Origin: a virus
Reading direction: 5' to 3' (one strand)
DNA length: 59,389 nucleotides
Virus record (IMG/VR): IMGVR_UViG_3300048912_000255
Span: 1 to 59,389 of that record
Part shown: positions 9,211 through 17,321 of the stretch, in pieces
Layout: each line of letters starts with the position of its first letter
Position numbering within the stretch: the first letter of the stretch is position 1
Translations under genes and position numbers: made by a program
The notes under the pieces: generated by a model
The model's database searches: none
What the model saw: only the letters and a program-made list of their open reading frames with translations
Told to the model about the DNA's origin: nothing

Positions 9211-9539
9211 CAGTAGCCCTCCTGGGTACGGAGAGCATCGGGGAAGTCTTCGAACTCAAGCTCAGCACGGGATACCTTGCCCGTGTTGGCGAGCCAGTTC
9301 GGTCGCGCATCGTCGGCGGGCTTCAGCCCGAGCATCTGACGGCGATCTTCCAGGCTGGCCGGGGTTTCCTGGAGCGTGTCGCTCAAGTCACCCACCAGGT
9401 AGGTGAGCCGAAGCTCCTCACCGGCCGTCAGGGCATCGCGCCCCTTCGGCTGAATGGTGTTCCTGGAGACGGTGCCGCCGAACTCGGAACCCGCCTCCTG
9501 CTTGGGCGTGTACATGCCCCGGTTAAGGTTGTTGCTCAT
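9210..9539 (-). CDS. Hypothetical protein (109 aa)
   Basis: ORF track; its stop overlaps the terL start. Confidence 0.5.
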   Translation of the reverse strand: MSNNLNRGMYTPKQEAGSEFGGTVSRNTIQPKGRDALTAGEELRLTYLVGDLSDTLQETPASLEDRRQMLGLKPADDARPNWLANTGKVSRAELEFEDFPDALRTQEGY

Positions 9540-9551
9540 CGGTACCTCCTC

Positions 9552-9950
9552 TCAGAACCAGGTAGCGACTGGGCCCTCGGGGGTCAGTGCCACCACCACC
9601 ATATGTACGTCAGCAGTCGGGCGATGAGCTTTGTCACCCTCCGAGGGACCGATGTAGCCCGACGGATGAGTATGCCAAATCGCCGCTTCTTCAATCTCAT
9701 CGTAGTCCCTCAGAGCCAGCTCGATGTCGCCAGGCAGGACCACGTACTGGCCATTCGCGGCCAGCGATCGGTTGGGCAACTCGATAACGTGAGTCAAGTC
9801 GCCCGTGTGGAGTCGCCGAGGTACATCGACCAGAAGGCCGCAAGCCTCGGCGGGGTACCTCGTCAGCCCGAGTCGGTAGATCTCAGGAAGGGATTTCTCC
9901 AGGATACCCAAGAGGGGTGAGGTCCTCACGGGAGATGATCCCCCTTGCAA
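9552..9950 (-). CDS. JAB/MPN (JAMM) metalloprotease-domain protein
   Basis: EACGLL ... WHTHPSGYIGPSEGD fits the JAMM signature E...HxHx7Sx2D. The true start is uncertain because the ORF overlaps the upstream ORF by 68 nt. Confidence 0.8.
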   Translation of the reverse strand: MQGGSSPVRTSPLLGILEKSLPEIYRLGLTRYPAEACGLLVDVPRRLHTGDLTHVIELPNRSLAANGQYVVLPGDIELALRDYDEIEEAAIWHTHPSGYIGPSEGDKAHRPTADVHMVVVALTPEGPVATWF

Positions 9951-10194
9951 TCAGTAGTTCCCGGAGCTGAACATCGGGTGCCGGCATGATGACCATCCGA
10001 GGACCACCCTTAGCTTCCGGGCGAGGTGGCTCAGCATGTTTCAGCGAGCCATCGGCGCTGTAGGCGTGGTTTACTCGGCGGGAGAGCTCGGCATCCCGAT
10101 GTTCAGCCCGGGGGATCTGGCAGATGACGCAGGGCTCAGCCGTCGGAGCCATAGTCATCCTCATCTTCGTCATCCCAAGAGGCCTCGGCGTCAA
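9883..10194 (-). CDS. Hypothetical protein (start uncertain; in-frame ATGs at 10158 and 10152)
   Basis: ORF track; overlaps the terS stop (10136). Confidence 0.4.
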   Translation of the reverse strand: MTPRPLGMTKMRMTMAPTAEPCVICQIPRAEHRDAELSRRVNHAYSADGSLKHAEPPRPEAKGGPRMVIMPAPDVQLRELLIARGIISREDLTPLGYPGEIPS

Positions 10195-10834
10195 TCACCG
10201 GGCCACCTCGAGTACCGAAGTGTGCGGGGGCATACCCCGGGGGCAGAGCCTGGATGTCCGGGTGGCGATCGTCCATGATCGGGTTGACCATGACCGCACC
10301 CAGAATACCCTGCAGCTTGACCGAGACGTCGGAGGTCGTCGGCTGCACCGGCTTGCCGATGACGTGTTCGACCAGCCACTTGGCAGCATCCAGCTTGACC
10401 GAGGCGGGCACGATCGGCTTGCCCTTGTCGTCGAAGTCGTCGCTGTTGATCAGATTCGAGATCACGCCGAGGGCCTGCACCGATGTGATGTTCATCTGGT
10501 CCTTGACCAGAATCTTGAAGCGCTCAGCAATGCGCTCATGCACCGCGCGAGGCATGTACTGAGGGGGTCGCCCCCGGAAATCACCACTGGCGTTACGGGG
10601 TCGTCCTCGCGAAAGCTCCTCGAGATCCCACTCGTCGACCGGCTTACCGGCCCATGCCTCGAAGTCCTCGTCCTTGAGCTTCTTGCCCTTGGCGATGACT
10701 CGGCGGGCGCGAGACCGGACCTGCTTGCCGGTCAGCAGCTTGCCCTTCGAGTTCCTGGGCCGGGCATCCTCATCGGGGCTCTCAGTCGCCTCGGAGAAGT
10801 CAACTACCCGGGGCGTTACCTGGCTCCTGGGCAT
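10136..10834 (-). CDS. terS: Putative terminase small subunit
   Basis: First gene of the late operon. ATG at 10834 lies 6 nt after GGAGG (the track start 10840 is an in-frame GTG). Basic N-terminus and acidic C-terminus. Call is by position. Confidence 0.5.
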   Translation of the reverse strand: MPRSQVTPRVVDFSEATESPDEDARPRNSKGKLLTGKQVRSRARRVIAKGKKLKDEDFEAWAGKPVDEWDLEELSRGRPRNASGDFRGRPPQYMPRAVHERIAERFKILVKDQMNITSVQALGVISNLINSDDFDDKGKPIVPASVKLDAAKWLVEHVIGKPVQPTTSDVSVKLQGILGAVMVNPIMDDRHPDIQALPPGYAPAHFGTRGGPVIDAEASWDDEDEDDYGSDG

Positions 10835-10941
10835 GTTCACCTCCTGATCTAGATGCCCAACAGTAGTCCCGCCGAAGCACCTTATCTGTCAGCAGCGAGG
10901 CAGGCCGCTACCCGATGAGTGTGCTCCGGCGGGATCATGTT

Positions 10942-10971
10942 CATTTAACCATCCAACGCGTAATCTGTCAA
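10942..10971 (-). promoter_or_regulatory. Candidate promoter of the structural operon (TTGACA-18-TAAATG)
   Basis: Read on the minus strand, about 105 nt upstream of the terS start and directly downstream of the LuxR-type regulator gene. Confidence 0.4.
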
Positions 10972-11029
10972 GGGACTACGTCGGGCTGGTCGAGTCTTTA
11001 CGAGAATCTAGCGATCTTGTCACATGGGG

Positions 11030-11512
11030 CTAATCTGGGATACCAGGACTACCCAGTACAGCGAGGACCTTGAGGTCTCGTGGATCGTAGCAATCCTCAC
11101 TGTAGAACATGGCCACCAGGTGATACCGGCTCAGAGCCCGATTGCGATCCATGGCCGCCGTGAGTCGATTCTGGATCGCTTGAACCGAGTACCCCAGGTT
11201 TCGCCCGATCTGCTGCAGAGTCAAGCCCTTGGCAAGCAGACCCATCATTGCACGGTCGAGTGTGGAGAGGTTCAATGGGCCCCAGAGAGGTACCGGGGGG
11301 ATCAGGTTGTTCTCTAGCGCCCAATAGACCGTGTCCGTGAGCCCCACCGTGCCGGTGTAGGCCCGAATCCTTACCCCCCGGTTCCTCATGGCATTCCAGG
11401 TCACCCCCAGAAGACGAGCAACCTCGGGCCCCTCCACACCCAAGGCATAAAGAAGGAGCATCTGGCGGTCCTGGGGCTTGAGCCCCTCAATCTCACGCGG
11501 AGTGGTCAACAT
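11030..11512 (-). CDS. Transcription regulator with two LuxR/sigma-70 region-4-type HTH units
   Basis: LKPQDRQMLLLYALGVEGPEVARLLGVTWNAMRNR and LSTLDRAMMGLLAKGLTLQQIGRNLGYSVQAIQNRL. Confidence 0.7.
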   Translation of the reverse strand: MLTTPREIEGLKPQDRQMLLLYALGVEGPEVARLLGVTWNAMRNRGVRIRAYTGTVGLTDTVYWALENNLIPPVPLWGPLNLSTLDRAMMGLLAKGLTLQQIGRNLGYSVQAIQNRLTAAMDRNRALSRYHLVAMFYSEDCYDPRDLKVLAVLGSPGIPD

Positions 11513-11747
11513 GGGGGTCGTTCTCGATTCGGAAGGCGTGAACTCGAGACTCGATGCCGAAGTGCATGTGGGCGACGATGGTCGAGCAGGCGAGGGCAGC
11601 GGCCTTGGCGTTAGGGGTTACTACCCTGACCACCCCCTTCCGCTGGGTCACCGCGATCTCGAATTCTCCGGTAGCCCTGGTGACCGCCTTGGCCACCACA
11701 TTAGCTTTGTCGCTGGTGCCGAAGTTCTCGGCGTCAACTACGAACAT
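11493..11747 (-). CDS. Hypothetical protein (84 aa)
   Basis: ORF track. Confidence 0.5.
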   Translation of the reverse strand: MFVVDAENFGTSDKANVVAKAVTRATGEFEIAVTQRKGVVRVVTPNAKAAALACSTIVAHMHFGIESRVHAFRIENDPHVDHSA

Positions 11748-11871
11748 TGCGCCGCCTTGCGTTGGTGACGTGCTGGTCGCGGTAGGAGAGGATCACCCCC
11801 ATGATGCCTCCACCCCCAACCACGACGATCAGGATGATGGCCAAGGTCCAGAGTATGATCTGCCCGAACAT
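11734..11871 (-). CDS. Small single-pass membrane protein (45 aa)
   Basis: Own translation MFGQIILWTLAIILIVVVGGGGIMGVILSYRDQHVTNARRRNVRS; TGATG overlap with the upstream stop at 11871. Confidence 0.35.
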   Translation of the reverse strand: MFGQIILWTLAIILIVVVGGGGIMGVILSYRDQHVTNARRRNVRS

Positions 11872-12101
11872 CAGATGTCCTCCTCGAATGCGGCACGAAA
11901 GGCTGCGCGGGCTTCGAGGCCCCGAAAGACCTCAAGTCGTTCCTCAGCCGAGGGCAGGGGCCGCTCGCCCAATTCATCGGTCAGCTCAGCCTCGCGCTCC
12001 TGGAGAGCCTTGAGCCGATCCCTCAGCTTCCCGTCGAGCTCGCGCTCGATCGCGCGTTCGTCAGCCGTCGGGTCACCCAGACCCATGTACTGCTGAGTCA
12101 T
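11871..12101 (-). CDS. Hypothetical coiled-coil protein (76 aa from MTQQYMGL)
   Basis: The in-frame ATG at 12101 follows the stop of the 12106 gene. The longer track ORF would overlap that gene. Confidence 0.45.
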   Translation of the reverse strand: MTQQYMGLGDPTADERAIERELDGKLRDRLKALQEREAELTDELGERPLPSAEERLEVFRGLEARAAFRAAFEEDI

Positions 12102-12105
12102 GATC

Positions 12106-12918
12106 TCACCGCCCGCAGGGTCCGGGGCACTGGCCCGGCTGGCAGTTGCCGCCGTACTGGCACTGCACCCGGCAGGTGCCGTCGCAGAAGATGGGCTCCT
12201 CGGGGTCGCTGCCGTTGTGACCGGGGCAGGCCAGGTCGCAGCCGGGGGTGCCAGGCAGGTGCAGGACGTCGTAGTCGTCACCCTTGCAGAAGCAGGGTTC
12301 CTGGACCTCGTCCTCCTCCTCGAAGGTCGCGTCGTGGGCGTTCTGGCAGTCCTCGCAGAGGCCAGTGATGCGGTACTCGGCTGCCGAGGTCGGGTTGCTG
12401 AAGACCGGGCTCGACTTCCCGCAGCCGATCGGCGGCTTGAGGCAGCGCCGCTCGTCCTGGGCGGTCATGGGGGTGTCGCCGCCGGTGATGGCCCGCTGCA
12501 CATCGCCCATGCTGAAGGTTCGACCGCTGAGGTGCTTGAGCGGATCCTCCGGCGGACTGATGGAGGTTCGGCCGGTGATCGTCGTGTTGTTCTCCTCGGC
12601 GAACTTGCGGGCCTGCTCGATCACCTTGTCGTACACCGTCGGCGCGATGCCAAGCCGGCTATACAGCCGATGACTGAAGTCATCTCCGTCGAACTTCGTG
12701 ACCTGGATGGGCTCCGCGGCCGCCTCGAGCATCTCGGCGACCCGGGCCTCAACCACCGAGTAGTCGACGTTCAGCGGCGGTCGCCAGGCGGGGCCGACCT
12801 TCAGAGTGCCTTCGAGCTCGACCTGGGCGACGTTGTCTCGGTTGATGCCACCGTTCAACTTCTCGGCGAGCTGGACCAGCGCCTCAGGCGGTTCGCCAGG
12901 GTTGTTCGTCTCGGTCAT
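12106..12918 (-). CDS. Hypothetical protein with a Cys-rich C-terminal region
   Basis: 270 aa; many Cys in the last ~110 residues (CEDCQ, CFCKG, CDLACPG, CDGTCRVQCQYGGNCQPGQCPGPCG). Confidence 0.6.
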   Translation of the reverse strand: MTETNNPGEPPEALVQLAEKLNGGINRDNVAQVELEGTLKVGPAWRPPLNVDYSVVEARVAEMLEAAAEPIQVTKFDGDDFSHRLYSRLGIAPTVYDKVIEQARKFAEENNTTITGRTSISPPEDPLKHLSGRTFSMGDVQRAITGGDTPMTAQDERRCLKPPIGCGKSSPVFSNPTSAAEYRITGLCEDCQNAHDATFEEEDEVQEPCFCKGDDYDVLHLPGTPGCDLACPGHNGSDPEEPIFCDGTCRVQCQYGGNCQPGQCPGPCGR

Positions 12919-13465
12919 CGTATTCCTCCGTCTTGGCGATCAGGTTGTACAGATCGGCCGGTGTCACGTCGCCGGGGATGCGCCCATCTCGGAAGAGCTG
13001 GATGCCGGCGTCCTGGTAGCACTGATCCACCAGTTGAGAGCAGATCATGTGCCCTGTGCTAGCAATATACCGCTTCAGCAATCGCGGACGAAGGCCGAAT
13101 CGTGCCAGCGCCAGACCGAGATAGTCCAAGAAAGAATAAGGTACTCCCACGTACCCCTTGGCAGCCTCAATGACCTTCACCCGCTCGTAGTCGGACAAAG
13201 GCCCATCGTAGTCGGGTCCCACACCAACCACCTCGAAGCCAGACGACCAGACGACAGTCTTGGTGTCGTAGTTTGTGATGTGGCCGATGATGGCTCCGCC
13301 GGGCATGGCCTCGACCGTGTAGCCGTCGTCGAGCAGAATGCCGGCGTGCTGTATCTCCCGCCAGCCGTCCCCATTGAACCACTGGGCCAACTTGATCAGG
13401 AAGCCGACCCGGCCCTCCATGGGTACTAGGAAGAAGTCACCGGGCTCAGGGCGCGGTTGGGTCAC
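12884..13465 (-). CDS. Permuted papain-fold (NlpC/P60 superfamily, YiiX/C92-like) amidase
   Basis: GTG at 13465 lies 6 nt after GGAGG. PGDFFLV, HAGILL, VEAMPGG, YVGVPY and ICSQLVDQCYQDAG follow the order of the remembered YiiX-type motifs. Confidence 0.65.
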   Translation of the reverse strand: MTQPRPEPGDFFLVPMEGRVGFLIKLAQWFNGDGWREIQHAGILLDDGYTVEAMPGGAIIGHITNYDTKTVVWSSGFEVVGVGPDYDGPLSDYERVKVIEAAKGYVGVPYSFLDYLGLALARFGLRPRLLKRYIASTGHMICSQLVDQCYQDAGIQLFRDGRIPGDVTPADLYNLIAKTEEYDDRDEQPWRTA

Positions 13466-13904
13466 TGGTAGCCTCCGTGGGGGTGTCGATGGGTGCCGGC
13501 GGAGCCGTGTCGCTCTGGGTGGACGTAGGCTCCGGCGACCGCGGCGGGGGAGTGACAGTGGCGTGACCGTCCACACCAGGCGTGGCCGTGAAGTTACCCA
13601 TGTTCGAGTGCTTGGGCTGCACCTGGACCACCGACGACTGGCCCGGTGTGGGAGTCGGGTCGTCCGCCGGCGGCGTGCTGCTGGGGCTCTCGGTGATAGG
13701 GCTGCCGTAGATGTCGCTCGGCGTCAGGCTGTCCGAAGCGATGATGCTCGGCGACTCCTCGGGGGCCGTGGTCTCATCGCCGCTCATGTTGAGCTGTACC
13801 TGAGGTACCTGCGGACCCTGAGGCGTTGCGAGAGTGACTCCCGCGGACAGTCCCAGGCCGAGGGCCATCAGCATGGCGAGTGTCGGCAGTGTGCGTCGTT
13901 CCAT
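13446..13904 (-). CDS. Secreted Pro/Thr/Ser-rich protein
   Basis: N-terminal signal-like MERRTLPTLAMLMALGLGLSAGVTLA followed by a low-complexity P/T/S region. Confidence 0.6.
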   Translation of the reverse strand: MERRTLPTLAMLMALGLGLSAGVTLATPQGPQVPQVQLNMSGDETTAPEESPSIIASDSLTPSDIYGSPITESPSSTPPADDPTPTPGQSSVVQVQPKHSNMGNFTATPGVDGHATVTPPPRSPEPTSTQSDTAPPAPIDTPTEATSDPTAP

Positions 13905-13983
13905 TGTCTCCCCCTGAGCGGTTAGTTGTTGGCTATCAGGCTACCACACTGCCGCCGGCCCTGGCAAGGCTAGCGGCAGGTGA

Positions 13984-14205
13984 CTACTTCTCGTCGAGGT
14001 AGATTGTAACCCCGTAGTTGATGCCGGAACTGGGATCCTCATCGACCCCAGTGAGGTTGTATCGTACGTTGGCCACCCTCTTGATCGACCCACCACTCGG
14101 CGGGATTACTTCCTCCCCGATTCGGGGGATGACCGGCAGATTGACCGGGGTCTGAAACCCGTCGTACACCAGCAGCTGAATCACGTTGTTACCTTTCATG
14201 AACAT
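13984..14205 (-). CDS. Hypothetical protein (73 aa from MFMKGNN)
   Basis: TGATG overlap with the upstream stop at 14205. Confidence 0.45.
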   Translation of the reverse strand: MFMKGNNVIQLLVYDGFQTPVNLPVIPRIGEEVIPPSGGSIKRVANVRYNLTGVDEDPSSGINYGVTIYLDEK

Positions 14206-14567
14206 CAGCTGGTGCTGTAGGTTCGGGCCATCAGGAACTCCAGGTATCGCTTGGCGGCCGAGTCGATCCACTCGGGCCCCTGGGGCTCGTCCTCGGTCTC
14301 GGTGTAGACGTCGTACGCCTTGACCGCCATGTCGAGAGCGTAGAGACGTGCCTGGAGCTCGATGTGTGGGGGGATCTGAGTCCCCTCGAAGTGGACCTGC
14401 AGGTCAGGGTGCTCGTCAATGAGTCCCATAGCCTGGCTCGGCGAGAGGAACCTGTGCTGGTGCTGGTCGCTGCAGCGGTTACAGCCTGCGGGCTGAGTGT
14501 GGCTCCGTTCGTGGTGACCGCAGGTCACGCACGTTTTGCTGCTCGTGCTCATCCTTGGTGCCCCCAT
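14205..14567 (-). CDS. Hypothetical protein with an N-terminal CxxC...CxxC motif
   Basis: ORF track; CVTCGHHERSHTQPAGCNRC. Alternative start at 14552. Confidence 0.5.
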   Translation of the reverse strand: MGAPRMSTSSKTCVTCGHHERSHTQPAGCNRCSDQHQHRFLSPSQAMGLIDEHPDLQVHFEGTQIPPHIELQARLYALDMAVKAYDVYTETEDEPQGPEWIDSAAKRYLEFLMARTYSTS

Positions 14568-14576
14568 CGGATCATA

Positions 14577-14825
14577 CTACCTTCTGCGATAGATCCAGAC
14601 CGTGGTTTCCTCGTTGGACGAGGTCCTCTGCCTGGGTACCCTGACTGAAGCGACTGTGTCACCAGGCATCAGCTCAGAAGCCCGAATCTCGGCCATCCAT
14701 GCGTCCCCTGGCACGAATGAGTGATCCGTAGTGGCGAGATGGAAGTTCCGGTGCGTGCCGCAGACTCGGCAGTTGTTCCTCTCGACAAAGTCGATCGGTT
14801 CAACCTTGAACTCGGTCGTGTTCAT
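14577..14825 (-). CDS. Hypothetical protein (82 aa)
   Basis: ORF track. Confidence 0.5.
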   Translation of the reverse strand: MNTTEFKVEPIDFVERNNCRVCGTHRNFHLATTDHSFVPGDAWMAEIRASELMPGDTVASVRVPRQRTSSNEETTVWIYRRR

Positions 14826-14898
14826 CTCTCCCCCTCCCTATATGGTTGTCGGCCGGGTTAAGGGCCATTACCAATAGTAAGGCTACGGATACAACTCG

Positions 14899-15231
14899 TC
14901 AATCATTACCGGCGTTACGCAAATTCGTTCCTATGGACTTAAAGAGCCCAATTGCCTCAGGTGGGAAGTTCTTGTACTTGCCCGGGTCAGCATCCCACTT
15001 AACCGTGAAGTAGCCCCCATCACTCACGGAGACCACCTCACCCTGAATTCGGGGTGTGGGATCTACTAGCTCGAGGCGATCACCCACCACATGAGGCAGA
15101 GTAGCACCGCAGTCACAACAGAACTTGCCACGATTTCGCCAGCAGTAGCAATGCCCTCCATCCGAGGCATTACTTTGCCGGCACGCTTCCACACCCGGCG
15201 GCTGTTCACCTTGCTGAGCCTGAGGTTGCAT
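14899..15231 (-). CDS. Hypothetical Cys-rich protein (110 aa), apparently leaderless
   Basis: ATG lies 7 nt downstream of a TAGGGT -10 box. Confidence 0.55.
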   Translation of the reverse strand: MQPQAQQGEQPPGVEACRQSNASDGGHCYCWRNRGKFCCDCGATLPHVVGDRLELVDPTPRIQGEVVSVSDGGYFTVKWDADPGKYKNFPPEAIGLFKSIGTNLRNAGND

Positions 15232-15238
15232 GAAGTGG

Positions 15239-15268
15239 ACCCTATAGGGTGGGTCGATTCTCGGTCAA
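15239..15268 (-). promoter_or_regulatory. Promoter TTGACC-18-TAGGGT, 7 nt from the ATG
   Basis: Read on the minus strand; coordinates anchored to the ATG at 15231. Confidence 0.5.
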
Positions 15269-15378
15269 TCACCGACTGTAATTTCTTCATTCCAAAGGAC
15301 TAACTAATATGACAAGGGGCTAAACCTACGCAGATGGACCGGCCCGTGAGGAGCCGGCCCACCTTGACACTTGAGGGA

Positions 15379-16452
15379 CTAGACCCGGCCATCCTGCAGG
15401 ATCTGGAACTTCTCGGCAGCCATCCACTGGTTCTCGTAGCCGCGGAAGGTGAAGACCCCCTCCTCGATCATGCCCTCGAAGACCCGTTGGTTGTACCTCG
15501 GGTTGTCCGGCTGGATGACGCCAGCCCTCACGTGGCCCGGCTTCAGTGCTCGGAAGTACGGCTTGAGGCTCATGTAGTGGCTGGGCGGGGTACTGACCAC
15601 GTCACCCCGGCTATCGACCCAGATGAACATCAAGGTCGTGGGGTTGTAGTCGCCGATCAGCCACTCCTCCCCTGACTCGCTCCTGACGAGGGCCACGTGA
15701 GTCCAGGGGACGGTCAGGGTCTCCGGCCAGTGGTGATGCGGGCGGGTAGGCGTACCTCCCCTCACCTTAGGCTCGGGCTCTCCCTTCCCCAGGTCGCGCT
15801 CGATCATGCGACGCGCCGCTCGCTGATGCGCGGGGTACCTCGAGGAAGACCTCCCCTCGCCCCTGAGTCGCCCGGTAGCCCTCGCTGCGGCCCCTTGGGC
15901 CTGATTGATCAGCCCGGTCGCCAGACTCGCTTCCCTGAGCGTGCTGAATTCGACGTCCAGCGCACTGTCGAGCCGGTAGGCCTTGCCGTCGGTGCCCAGG
16001 TAGAACAGCGCCGGCAGCGGAACTCCCGAGATCTTGGCCAGCGCATCCAGCGCGGCGACCACGATGTCGGCAACCTGCTGCCCCGCCTCGCCGGGTGTGG
16101 GGGCCTCCTTGATCGTGGCCTCCAGCGCCTCGTGGATGCTGGTGCCGATCTCGACCTTGCCTCGGAGTTTCTGTCGATCCTTCTCGGCATCCATGCCGAA
16201 CTCCCTCATGTGTTCGATGTACTGATGGGCCTGCATGAGAGCCGCCTCCATGGACATGTAGTTGCCCGGCAGGCGTTGCTGCTGACGGTAGTTGTCGTCG
16301 AGCGCCTGCTGAGCCTCCGCCCACTCCCCCGAGTCCGGCGGCCAGGAGCTCACCACGTCAGCCGGGATCCGCTTCTGGGGCTTGGCGAGTTCCCGGATGG
16401 CATCCCGGCGCTCATCCATCCACTCGGTCTCCGCCTTCCTCCAATCTACCAC
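15379..16452 (-). CDS. Hypothetical protein (357 aa from GTG 16452)
   Basis: The 482-aa track ORF has an Arg/Pro-rich N-terminal extension that overlaps the better-looking 16446..16841 gene. GTG at 16452 overlaps that gene's stop. Confidence 0.55.
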   Translation of the reverse strand: MVDWRKAETEWMDERRDAIRELAKPQKRIPADVVSSWPPDSGEWAEAQQALDDNYRQQQRLPGNYMSMEAALMQAHQYIEHMREFGMDAEKDRQKLRGKVEIGTSIHEALEATIKEAPTPGEAGQQVADIVVAALDALAKISGVPLPALFYLGTDGKAYRLDSALDVEFSTLREASLATGLINQAQGAAARATGRLRGEGRSSSRYPAHQRAARRMIERDLGKGEPEPKVRGGTPTRPHHHWPETLTVPWTHVALVRSESGEEWLIGDYNPTTLMFIWVDSRGDVVSTPPSHYMSLKPYFRALKPGHVRAGVIQPDNPRYNQRVFEGMIEEGVFTFRGYENQWMAAEKFQILQDGRV

Positions 16453-16841
16453 GTCAGCCTGACCTCGTGCTTCATGCTCGGGTCGTGCTCGTCCAGCTCG
16501 CACCTCGTCTCCGGAACCGAGTCGACGGCGTGAAACGTGCAGCGGGGGGCCCGGGGCTCGAGGGAGTGGCTCTGGATGCGGTGGTTGTCGTGGTACTTGA
16601 TCAGCGCCTCCAGCGTGACCTCGAGTGGGAAGACAATGGACTCGTGTCCACACCCCTCCTGGTCGTAGTACTGCAGGCCGTCGGGCACCCGGTCCTCGTT
16701 GGTGTGGATCGTGACCGTGAACTCGTTGAGCTGGGGACGCCCCATGGCGTATACTCCTCCGAGGTAGGGGGTAAGATCGAGATTGGCCAAGAAGGAGAGG
16801 CCGCTGCCGACCTCCCCCTCCAGCCATCGGCTAAGACTCAC
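16446..16841 (-). CDS. Hypothetical protein (131 aa)
   Basis: ORF track; balanced composition. Confidence 0.55.
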   Translation of the reverse strand: MSLSRWLEGEVGSGLSFLANLDLTPYLGGVYAMGRPQLNEFTVTIHTNEDRVPDGLQYYDQEGCGHESIVFPLEVTLEALIKYHDNHRIQSHSLEPRAPRCTFHAVDSVPETRCELDEHDPSMKHEVRLTW

Positions 16842-17053
16842 CGCCGGCTGTTCTCAATCCACTGGATCAGCTGGTCGGCGACCTTCAGCGTCTGGTCGGC
16901 GATCTGGGTGAAGCTCAGGTCGTGGGTGAGGTTGCCCGAGGTGAGGGTACCGGCCACCACCCGGGCGGCACTGTCGACCGCCATGGCCCTCAGCCGCTTC
17001 TCCTCGGTGGTGCTGCGCCGGGGACCCTGCCCCGGCATGTCGACGATAGGCAT
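16838..17053 (-). CDS. Hypothetical protein (71 aa)
   Basis: ORF track; 4-nt overlap with the downstream gene. Confidence 0.45.
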   Translation of the reverse strand: MPIVDMPGQGPRRSTTEEKRLRAMAVDSAARVVAGTLTSGNLTHDLSFTQIADQTLKVADQLIQWIENSRR

Positions 17054-17055
17054 CT

Positions 17056-17289
17056 CTAGTTCCTCTTCTGTGCGGGGATGTGGGTGAGCAGGGGCGGGGA
17101 AGTGTCACGGAACAGCAGCACCGACTGCATCTCCCCGTCCAGCTCCAGGTCAACGAAGGCGTTGCCCATCATCGTCGGGCTCCAGCTGTAGACCCTCGCG
17201 GACCTGGACTGTCGCCCTTTCCAGTGGGCTATCACCTTCAACCAGAGCCAGATGGGCATGGTGTGGGGCGGCTGGTGGTAGTTCTTCAT
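17056..17289 (-). CDS. Hypothetical protein (77 aa)
   Basis: ORF track. Confidence 0.45.
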   Translation of the reverse strand: MKNYHQPPHTMPIWLWLKVIAHWKGRQSRSARVYSWSPTMMGNAFVDLELDGEMQSVLLFRDTSPPLLTHIPAQKRN

Positions 17290-17321
17290 GCCTTCAATGC
17301 TATAGCCTAGGGGCTGCGGAT

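Noticed and set aside
16453-16827. N-terminal 125-aa extension of ORF 15379..16827
   Set aside because: The extension is Arg/Pro/Gly-rich and fully overlaps the better 16446..16841 gene in another frame. GTG at 16452 gives a coupled start.
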